63,669 nucleotides of DNA from Bacteroidota bacterium (lineage in GTDB: Bacteria; Bacteroidota; Bacteroidia; UBA8524), in the NCBI GenBank assembly GCA_036676705.1, contig JAKFCJ010000178.1, positions 1 through 63,669 of the forward strand, given 5' to 3'. Positions within the stretch are counted from its first letter, which is position 1; every line of letters starts with the position of its first letter. Both the position numbers and the translations under genes were made by a program. The notes under the pieces are model-generated. The model worked only from the letters and a program-made list of their open reading frames with translations. It ran no database searches and was not told where the DNA came from. Below are positions 46,490 to 54,447 of this stretch, in pieces.

Positions 46490-46511
46490 AAATACCCGCA
46501 AAAAGTTTCGG

Positions 46512-47135
46512 ATGGCTGAGATGATGATCAAATACTTTATTATTCTACTTTTTGTCGGGTCAATCTCCTGCACTCCTCCTCGATCGGTGGTTTGTCAACG
46601 ACCCATTCTGCCCGATATTGAATTATCCATGAATGATGATCCTTTTGTTGCAAAAGGAATAGGCAGGATACATCCTAACGATTCCCTGCTGCAACGTGCT
46701 TATCTGGCGACCCTGGACACGCCTACCTTTCTGTCATTTATAAATATCCTGGGTAACTATATAAAAATTCCCGCTGATAGAAAAAAAGGAACTCCCGTTA
46801 GTATCGTCCTGTATACGAATTACAGCATTCACCAATTCAACACCGATAGTTTGATCGGAATACTCATTATAACGGTTGATACAGTTAAGGGAAAAATGCA
46901 TAGCCGGCTTTTTAAGAAAGACTCGGGAAAAGGCTTTACTGAAATAAAGGCGTTTAACAATTCAGGATATTATTTCAAATTTGATGAGCTCGTTTCGATC
47001 TCACCTAAAGTATTTGACGAGGCGAATTGGGCATTCTTTAGCCTTGATCAAAAACAGGCTACCAAAGGTCCGAAGAAATTCATGCTCGTCAGAAGATCGC
47101 TATTTTATAATCCTTTGAAGAAATACGAGAAATAG
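46512..47135 (+). CDS. Hypothetical lipoprotein
   Basis: MAEMMIKYFIILLFVGSISC is a lipobox. No recognisable domain. Confidence 0.55.
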   Translation: MAEMMIKYFIILLFVGSISCTPPRSVVCQRPILPDIELSMNDDPFVAKGIGRIHPNDSLLQRAYLATLDTPTFLSFINILGNYIKIPADRKKGTPVSIVLYTNYSIHQFNTDSLIGILIITVDTVKGKMHSRLFKKDSGKGFTEIKAFNNSGYYFKFDELVSISPKVFDEANWAFFSLDQKQATKGPKKFMLVRRSLFYNPLKKYEK

Positions 47136-47153
47136 TAAATTGAATCAATTCCC

Positions 47154-47543
47154 TTGACCACCGCTATCCAACATAAATTTCTAAGCAGCTTCATTGCCAT
47201 TATTTGGCTAATAAACGGCCTGGTTTGCAAAGTTTTAAACCTGGTACCCCGGCATGAGCAGATCGTTGCGCGAATTTTGGGTGAGGAATTTTCAAGGCCG
47301 CTAACCTTATTGATCGGAATTTCAGAAATGGTCATGGCGGTATGGATCCTTTCGAACTTTAAGTCAAGGCTAAATGCTATTGTCCAGATCGTTATTGTGG
47401 CGATAATGAATATCCTTGAGTTTATACTTGTGCCAGATCTCCTGCTTTGGGGGCGGTTTAATTCCATTTTTGCCCTGGTGTTCATAGCCATCATTTGGTA
47501 CAATGAATTTGTGCTCAACAAAAAACTAAAACGGCCAAGCTGA
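47154..47543 (+). CDS. DoxX-like small membrane protein
   Basis: 129 aa, four TM helices, FIAIIWLINGLVCKVLNLVPRHEQIV; TTG start. Confidence 0.55.
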   Translation: MTTAIQHKFLSSFIAIIWLINGLVCKVLNLVPRHEQIVARILGEEFSRPLTLLIGISEMVMAVWILSNFKSRLNAIVQIVIVAIMNILEFILVPDLLLWGRFNSIFALVFIAIIWYNEFVLNKKLKRPS

Positions 47544-48277
47544 TGTCATTTTTACAAAACCACCCCTTTGCTGTCGAGGCCTTTTTTGACAACTCCATAG
47601 TCCTGACTTTTGCCGTTCCAAAGGAGCAACTTGAAGGATTAATTCCGGCACGACTGGAACTCGATACGTTCCAGGATAAATGGGCCTTTATTGCAGTGGC
47701 TATGGTGCAAACCTCCGGGCTCAGACCTAAAGGCTTTCCGACATTTATGGGCAATGACTTCTTTCTCATCGGCTACCGCATTTTTGTACGCTATACCAAT
47801 TTAGCAGGGAAAAGACTTCGTGGACTTTATATTCTCAAATCAGAAACGGATAAGAAGAAAATGGAAATGCTTGGCAACATTTTCACGCATTACAACTATA
47901 CAACTACTGATATTCAAATAATTACAGAAGGAAACTCCAAAACGATCCGGTCTGGTAGATCCCGATTTTATGTCACTTTGGACGAAACTGCCACGGAAAT
48001 TGCCCTCCCCGAAGGATCGCCATTTGCTGACTGGAAAGAAGCCAGGAGATTTGCCGGTCCTTTGCCATTTACGTTTACCTGCGATGAAGCAGCCAAAACG
48101 GTGCTGGTCATCGAAGGGGTTCGCGAAAATTGGAAGCCGGAACCGGTAAAGGTTGTGTCATATGATTTTCATTTCCTCAGAAGCCTGGACCTTCAGAACG
48201 TAGTCTTGGCAAATGCCTTTGAAACCAGGAACATCCCTTACTTTTGGAAAAAAGGAAGACTTGAAAAATGGGAATAG
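47543..48277 (+). CDS. Conserved hypothetical protein (DUF2071-like)
   Basis: 244 aa, soluble. Its start overlaps the preceding stop by 1 nt. The family call is from memory and tentative. Confidence 0.45.
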   Translation: MSFLQNHPFAVEAFFDNSIVLTFAVPKEQLEGLIPARLELDTFQDKWAFIAVAMVQTSGLRPKGFPTFMGNDFFLIGYRIFVRYTNLAGKRLRGLYILKSETDKKKMEMLGNIFTHYNYTTTDIQIITEGNSKTIRSGRSRFYVTLDETATEIALPEGSPFADWKEARRFAGPLPFTFTCDEAAKTVLVIEGVRENWKPEPVKVVSYDFHFLRSLDLQNVVLANAFETRNIPYFWKKGRLEKWE

Positions 48278-49032
48278 AAAGGAAACCTTTTCAGGGCGTT
48301 TTGAACATCCTTCGTTTCAACTGGCACTTTTATTTGTTGGCGTTTTTTATACTTTGTGCTCTCCTCTTTTTCAGGAACCACCTTTCCACTACCCTTCAAC
48401 CCTTTGTTATAATTGGAGTCATGCTGGTTTTGGGTGTTATGCTGGTTTCCCTTTTTGTTTCTTATTACATCTATGACCTATCTGGCCTCTACCGACTTAA
48501 ATGGCTGGATCCATTTGTAGAAAAGAATGATGCGAAAATTCTGAATATTAACGCGGGTTTTGATGAAACAAGTGGACGGATTATGGAAAGATTCGGTCAG
48601 GCGGATTTGAGCATGGGTGACTTTTACGATCCGGCAAAACACACGGAAATATCCATAAAACGTGCAAGAAGAGCTTATCCGACACGAGCGGGAACCCTGT
48701 CCATTCAGACCGAAAAACTACCCTTTCCGGAAAAAACTTTTGACCTGTGCCTGGCCATTATGTCGGCACATGAGATCAGGGATGACGAGGAGCGGATCCG
48801 GTTTTTTAAAGAACTGAACCGCATTACCGTCCCATCGGGTCAGGTCCTGGTATTGGAGCATTTGCGGGATTTGAACAACTTCCTTGCTTATACCCTTGGC
48901 TTTTTTCATTTTTATAGCCGTAAAACCTGGTTAAGCACCTTTAAACAGGCCGGGTTGTCGCTCAGATCAGAACAAAAATTAACACCCTTTCTAAGTCTTT
49001 TTATCCTGGAAGCGAATGGAAATACATATTGA
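48268..49032 (+). CDS. Class I SAM-dependent methyltransferase with N-terminal TM segments
   Basis: Two N-terminal TM helices, then ILNINAGFDE (motif I-like) and FDLCLAIMSAHEIRDDEERIRFFKELNRITVPSGQVLVLEH. Confidence 0.65.
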   Translation: MGIERKPFQGVLNILRFNWHFYLLAFFILCALLFFRNHLSTTLQPFVIIGVMLVLGVMLVSLFVSYYIYDLSGLYRLKWLDPFVEKNDAKILNINAGFDETSGRIMERFGQADLSMGDFYDPAKHTEISIKRARRAYPTRAGTLSIQTEKLPFPEKTFDLCLAIMSAHEIRDDEERIRFFKELNRITVPSGQVLVLEHLRDLNNFLAYTLGFFHFYSRKTWLSTFKQAGLSLRSEQKLTPFLSLFILEANGNTY

Positions 49033-49408
49033 GATCATTGGTGCATTACTAGTCATACTTTCCTTCCTACACGTTGGATTTCCGAAATATTTCAATTGGA
49101 AAGCGGAACTCAAGGCATTAAGTCTCATAAACCGGCAAATGATGTCCGTTCACACCTTTTTTATTGGGCTTATTGTGTTCCTGATCGGAATACTTTGTTT
49201 GACTTCAGCAAGGGATCTGATCGAGACGAGGCTCGGAAACACGGTCAGTTGTGGATTGGCTTTGTTTTTTACGATCCGGTTGTTCTTTCAATTTTTTATC
49301 TATTCACCGGAATTATGGAAAGGCAGAAAATTTGAAACTTTTATGCATGTCCTATTCTCTCTGTTTTGGAGCTACGTGAGTGGGGTTTTTATCGGGTTAG
49401 TGTTCTGA
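49016..49408 (+). CDS. Small polytopic membrane protein
   Basis: 130 aa, four predicted TM helices. Overlaps the methyltransferase gene by 17 nt. Confidence 0.5.
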   Translation: MEIHIEIIGALLVILSFLHVGFPKYFNWKAELKALSLINRQMMSVHTFFIGLIVFLIGILCLTSARDLIETRLGNTVSCGLALFFTIRLFFQFFIYSPELWKGRKFETFMHVLFSLFWSYVSGVFIGLVF

Positions 49409-49773
49409 TCATTCTCTCACGACCATCTCATATTCAGGTCCATCCTTCTTCAGGATATCCATCATCAGCCAATAATAATTAAGTTTCTGCTTGTACAAAC
49501 GCCGCTTGCTAGCCAAAACGAGATGAGGCACTTAAGTTGGTTCGAGAGTACTCTAATAGGATAGGATAGTCATGATATCAATGTGTTTATATTTTCGTAA
49601 TGCGTTTTAAAAAAAAATCCAATTTATTTTTTTTATTCATCATTCTTTCAGTATTATTGATAATAATACGTAGGTCTATTCGGACGTAAATCTAGTTCAT
49701 GCGACGAAAAAACATCTAGTATAAATTGGTTCAGTTTTATCTGAGGGGGATTGAAATTGAAAACTCTTTACTT

Positions 49774-52700
49774 ATGAAAAAAAATAATAACCTTTTGACA
49801 CTGGTCCTTGTTTTATTAGCTTCTGTCTGTAGCTATGGCCAAAATGGGAAATTGCTGATGAAAAGCAATTGGACGAGCGAGTCAGGATCCCAAGACATGT
49901 TAATTAAATCATCATCTATTACGGACGCCTACGGTAACACAACCAAAACAGGTGCAACCTTAAATTCCAATGGTGATTATGATTTGTTTGTTGTCCGATC
50001 TGATGGAGATGGTAATATCATCTGGACCTATGCGGTAGATGGATCAGCTAATAAAAACGACTTTGGGTCGTTTCTAACTTCAGACGCGTCAGGAAATATT
50101 TATGTGGCGGGCGGAATAACCGACAATAGTTCAGATTCTTTCGATATTCTCCTCCAAAAACTTGACTCATCTGGAAACCAATTGTGGAGTTATTCTAAAA
50201 GTGGAGGATCATCTAATATTGACATCGGGGCACACATCTTCTTTGATGATTCGAGTAACGTATTTCTTGTTGGAGCTATACAATCGACCTCCGCAAGAAA
50301 GCAGGATATCTTCCTAACTAAATTAAGTTCGGGGGGATTAATGAAATGGGAATCTTCCTTTGATATAAATAATTCGTATGATTTTGGACTTCAAGGTTCA
50401 TACAATGTTGGAACTGGAAATTGCCACATTTTTGGGCTTTCCAAAACCGATACAGTTTACAATAATTGGGATGTTATTGACATATTGGTTTCTTCACAAA
50501 TCGGAGGATATATTACTCACTCCACCTACAATGCTTGGCCCCAAAATTCAGTTGTGTCAATTGAGGATTTTTTTATTGACGATAACGGAAATTATTACTT
50601 GACAGGAATGAGTATCGATAGTTTCGGTAACCGGGATGCCTTCGTAAATAAAATATCCAATACGTTCACAGAGGATTGGCAACTTGTTTTTGATTTGGGA
50701 GAAAATTGGTCCGAAGTCGGAAAAAAATTGACGGTCGATGATTCCGGATACGTTTATGTTGGTGGTAATCAGGTTGGAGGAGATTTGGTTCAAAGAATGT
50801 TCGTTTCTAAAATATCAAGTGGCGGTGAACTGGTGTGGGCAAATGTGTTTTCCGGATCGGGTAATACATATGGAAGTATTGGCCAGGTGCTTGTTGATCA
50901 GAATTCATTTGTTCATATGTGTGGCTCTGCCTACAATGGCTCGGATTTAGATTTTATTGATGTAGTATATGCCTATGGGGGAAGCTTTAATACTGTGCGT
51001 AAATTTGATGGAGGAAATGGGGATGATGTTCTGTTTGACGCATTTGTCAAGGAAGATGAAATTCTACTATTTGGACAAACTAGCACGGGAAGCGGCTATA
51101 GCTTTATTACTGTTGGGCTCGAGACTTATTTCGTAAAAGAAGAAGTTTCAGGAAATTGGGGAGGACATGTGTTTTTGAAGAATCAAGTAATTATTGAATT
51201 TGACCCATCTGCATTGAATAGCAACCTGGATTATTATAATAGTGGAGAGTCTTACGGTGAACTCTCAGACTATCTTAATAATTCTGCAATGGTTGCCATG
51301 AAAAATGCAATTACAACTAATGACATTTCTATTAGTACATGGAAGGCAGAGCGAATTTTGCCTCATTGGACATCTGCGGATACGAGTTCAATTTCTCGAA
51401 ATGGAGATACGTTAAGCATTCCAAATGCTTTCTCTATGTTGATTTTATACATCCCTGAATCGTATGTGGATTCAGTGGCTGCAGATAGCTTAAATAAAAT
51501 GACTCAATATGTCAATTACGCCAGCACCAATGATTTGGGTAAGTTATCTGGTGATTATTTTTCTTCGTATCAAACATATTATACTGCCTCGCAGCAGTAC
51601 AATAATATTGGTGTGCCTGCGATGTGGGCAAAATATGATGGCAATAAAATCGATTACGCCGCTTTTGTTGGCAATCCGAACGTGAAAGTGGGAATATTCG
51701 ACAGTGGAATTAATTGGGGACACGAAGATATGACGAGAGATAAAAATTCCAGGCTTAATTCGGCACTTTCAAGAATACAGGGAGGCAGATGCTATTTTTG
51801 TTCCAACACTCCATCAGTCTTTGATGCTGCTGCAGATCTAAATGATATTGTTGATGAGACACATGGAACGTATGTGGCCGGAATTATTGGTGCAGTGAGA
51901 AACAATGACCTTGGAGTGGCGGGCATTGTGGGCGGAGATGGCGCAACTTCTTGTACAGGCCCAAACCCAACTGCCGGGGTAAAGATGTATGATATGAAAA
52001 TTGGTCATACCGGACAGAACATTTACGGCGAATTGGATCAAAAAGTAGTTTCTACAAGTGCAATAATTGCTGCTTACACTGATGGAGTGTCCCAAACTAT
52101 TACCGGACAAGGATATGGCCTTCACGTCTTAAATAATTCATGGGCTCTACCCAAAGGACAAAGTTACCAGGCATTCACTGCTATCATGCGTGTGATGCAA
52201 CTTGCATTTAAGTCTCAATGTGTGATACTATTTGCGTCAGGCAATGATGGTGGGGATTGTTCGGTCGAAACTTTGATCCCTGGAAAATTGCCTGATGGTT
52301 GGGCTATATTGACCGGTGGAACAAATGGAAGTGGTCAAAAGGAAAGCTATTCTAACTATTCCGCGCGGCTGGACAACGCTGCACCTGCTACAGATGATCT
52401 CCTATATAATTTATTAAGAAATTCAGCTGGAACCGGATTCGGTGATGGAACAAAATATGGAGCATTAGAAGGAACTTCGTTTGCCGTTCCTCAAACTACT
52501 GGAATGGCTGCAGTCGTGTATGGATATACCCTTGCTAAACATGCCTTGACTCCATCAATAGAGGATGTAGAGAAAGTCATAGAAATGGGAAGTGAGTACT
52601 TTGCAACGGGTTCAGGAGCTCAAACAGGGCATGAAACCGGTCGCGGATGGGGATCGATAAAGGCATTAAACATTGTAAACACGATAGAACATACTCAATT

Positions 52701-53460
52701 TGAATTGTTTCATATTAATAGCGACGCCAGCTCAGGAGTCACTCCGACTATCTCGGTACCAACAACTGCTACTTCCAGTGGTAAATCAATTTATTTAGTT
52801 AGTGGTTGGAATTCAGGTTTAAGTGGTCCAGCAGTTGCAGATATTTATGAAGTGACATGTTCCTTGAGTTTTTCAATTCCGGACCCAATACTTGGCTCTT
52901 ACACCTACTGGCCAAGACATAGTTATGCCGATGGTTATCAAAATTACAATTCAGATATAGACATCATAAACACAGTGCCGGACCTGTATTACAAATCAGA
53001 AACCTTCAATTCATTGAATTCTGTAACTTTAACAAGTTCGACTTCCGGAGAAGCAGTATTAACTTCATATTTCTATAAAATAACTAGTGTTAATGGATCT
53101 TCAGTCACTCCATTTTGGTACCCATTCGATCCAAACCAAACAGATCCAAAATTCGGATTTACCTTATTGGGTACCAGTTGGCCAACTTCAGTACAGGAGA
53201 TAGATGAAAGTAAAGTGTCAATCTATCCAAATCCATGCATTGACATTGTGAATATTGAACTATCAGAAGAGTTTCTCAACAATACTATTGATATAGCACT
53301 GTATGCTATTGATGGTAAACTATTATTCACTTACACTTTCGAAAACCAAACGGATCCGACAATTAATCTTACAACGGATAAATTGCTTCCTGGAATATAT
53401 ATGTTTGAAATTGGTTCCGGGGAAAGACGGGAAACCATAAAAGTAGTTAAAATAAAATAG
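49774..53460 (+). CDS. Large secreted S8 (subtilisin-like) serine peptidase with an N-terminal beta-propeller-like repeat region and a T9SS sorting domain
   Basis: ATG 49774 gives MKKNNNLLTLVLVLLASVCSYGQ. Repeats include DGDGNIIWTY, DASGNIYVAGG, DSSGNQLWSY and DDSGYVYVGGN. Catalytic motifs are VGIFDSGI (Asp codon 51700), HGTYVAG (His 51862) and GTSFAVPQTTG (Ser 52477). C-terminal VSIYPNPCIDIVNIEL...PGIYMFEI...IKVVKIK. Confidence 0.85.
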   Translation: MKKNNNLLTLVLVLLASVCSYGQNGKLLMKSNWTSESGSQDMLIKSSSITDAYGNTTKTGATLNSNGDYDLFVVRSDGDGNIIWTYAVDGSANKNDFGSFLTSDASGNIYVAGGITDNSSDSFDILLQKLDSSGNQLWSYSKSGGSSNIDIGAHIFFDDSSNVFLVGAIQSTSARKQDIFLTKLSSGGLMKWESSFDINNSYDFGLQGSYNVGTGNCHIFGLSKTDTVYNNWDVIDILVSSQIGGYITHSTYNAWPQNSVVSIEDFFIDDNGNYYLTGMSIDSFGNRDAFVNKISNTFTEDWQLVFDLGENWSEVGKKLTVDDSGYVYVGGNQVGGDLVQRMFVSKISSGGELVWANVFSGSGNTYGSIGQVLVDQNSFVHMCGSAYNGSDLDFIDVVYAYGGSFNTVRKFDGGNGDDVLFDAFVKEDEILLFGQTSTGSGYSFITVGLETYFVKEEVSGNWGGHVFLKNQVIIEFDPSALNSNLDYYNSGESYGELSDYLNNSAMVAMKNAITTNDISISTWKAERILPHWTSADTSSISRNGDTLSIPNAFSMLILYIPESYVDSVAADSLNKMTQYVNYASTNDLGKLSGDYFSSYQTYYTASQQYNNIGVPAMWAKYDGNKIDYAAFVGNPNVKVGIFDSGINWGHEDMTRDKNSRLNSALSRIQGGRCYFCSNTPSVFDAAADLNDIVDETHGTYVAGIIGAVRNNDLGVAGIVGGDGATSCTGPNPTAGVKMYDMKIGHTGQNIYGELDQKVVSTSAIIAAYTDGVSQTITGQGYGLHVLNNSWALPKGQSYQAFTAIMRVMQLAFKSQCVILFASGNDGGDCSVETLIPGKLPDGWAILTGGTNGSGQKESYSNYSARLDNAAPATDDLLYNLLRNSAGTGFGDGTKYGALEGTSFAVPQTTGMAAVVYGYTLAKHALTPSIEDVEKVIEMGSEYFATGSGAQTGHETGRGWGSIKALNIVNTIEHTQFELFHINSDASSGVTPTISVPTTATSSGKSIYLVSGWNSGLSGPAVADIYEVTCSLSFSIPDPILGSYTYWPRHSYADGYQNYNSDIDIINTVPDLYYKSETFNSLNSVTLTSSTSGEAVLTSYFYKITSVNGSSVTPFWYPFDPNQTDPKFGFTLLGTSWPTSVQEIDESKVSIYPNPCIDIVNIELSEEFLNNTIDIALYAIDGKLLFTYTFENQTDPTINLTTDKLLPGIYMFEIGSGERRETIKVVKIK

Positions 53461-53469
53461 GCATCTAAT

Positions 53470-54447
53470 ATGAAATTTAGCGGATCGGTTTTAGTTTTAG
53501 GTTTATTGATAATTCAATTTTCTTGTCGCAAGCAAGCGACTCTGGATCAATTTGAAAAAAAGAAAGAAAAATTGTCAATCAACAAAGAATTCAACCGGTC
53601 TGCTACTATTTCATCTTCTGAATTCATGATTAAGGATATGGCGATGCGCCATGCAGATTCTGAAATACTCTACTATGTAAAGAACAGTGTACAAGGCGGC
53701 TCTGACCTAATTGAATATAACAGAGTTAGCAAAGGAGAGAGAATCTTGCTATCTGTGAAATATATCTCAGATATTGAACTAAATTCAAGTGGGACGCATT
53801 TACTCGCCATTGTGTATGACGAAAATTATCAAGGGGCTATTGTTACCTTAGATCTCAATTATGAGCTACTTAAAACACTACGGTTGAACCCTCATTATTA
53901 TGGATATGAAAAGGCCTTTTGGACCTCAGATTCAACTATTTCATACACCGAAATTAACAGTAATGGTGTTACCTATTATAGACAGGCTCTTTCTGGAGCC
54001 ATCCTTGAAAAACGAGTTTTATTGAATAACTTTTTTACAATTCCTTTTGATGAGAAGTCGGAACTCATTTTGGAGGAATCATTAGTAGAAAAGCACTGGT
54101 CATTCTACAAAGTAAGATCGGATGGTTCAAGATATGATACTACCGACATGACGTACCAGAAATCCGATATTTTTAAGGATGCAACGAATTCCTCAAATGA
54201 AACGTTGATACTGTTAGATTATTCGAGAGAATTATATGTCGTAAATTGGGAATGGAAGACAAATCTTCGTCAAAATCTATATTCTCAAAATATGATAATC
54301 GGAAGGATACAATCATTTAAAGGAAGTGATCTATGTCTGATGGCAATAATTTATAATGAATTTCAGAATGGCAATTTCTCCAAGAGAGAAATGATTGTTG
54401 TTTCCAAATTGAATGACCTGGATGTGGAAATTATTAAAGAGTTTTAA
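53470..54447 (+). CDS. Hypothetical lipoprotein
   Basis: MKFSGSVLVLGLLIIQFSC is a lipobox. There is no recognisable catalytic motif. It lies between the two T9SS cargo genes and overlaps the next gene. Confidence 0.6.
   Translation: MKFSGSVLVLGLLIIQFSCRKQATLDQFEKKKEKLSINKEFNRSATISSSEFMIKDMAMRHADSEILYYVKNSVQGGSDLIEYNRVSKGERILLSVKYISDIELNSSGTHLLAIVYDENYQGAIVTLDLNYELLKTLRLNPHYYGYEKAFWTSDSTISYTEINSNGVTYYRQALSGAILEKRVLLNNFFTIPFDEKSELILEESLVEKHWSFYKVRSDGSRYDTTDMTYQKSDIFKDATNSSNETLILLDYSRELYVVNWEWKTNLRQNLYSQNMIIGRIQSFKGSDLCLMAIIYNEFQNGNFSKREMIVVSKLNDLDVEIIKEF

Noticed and set aside
49486-49495. A 10-nt direct match (TCTGCTTGTA) to the anticodon arm of tRNA-Val (57103-57112), considered as a possible att site of the AT-rich segment
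   Set aside because: Only 10 nt match, and the flanking sequence shows no similarity to the tRNA 3' half. A chance match is improbable (roughly 2% by my estimate) but not excluded. No integrase is present. It should be re-examined only if comparative genomics shows these exact boundaries.
49409-49530. Short open frame on the minus strand (...ASKRRLYKQKLNYYWLMMDILKKDGPEYEMVVRE-stop), considered as a possible gene remnant at the left edge of the AT-rich segment
   Set aside because: Only about 36 codons are open after an in-frame stop. There is no plausible start and I recognise no family, so the evidence is too weak for a pseudogene call.
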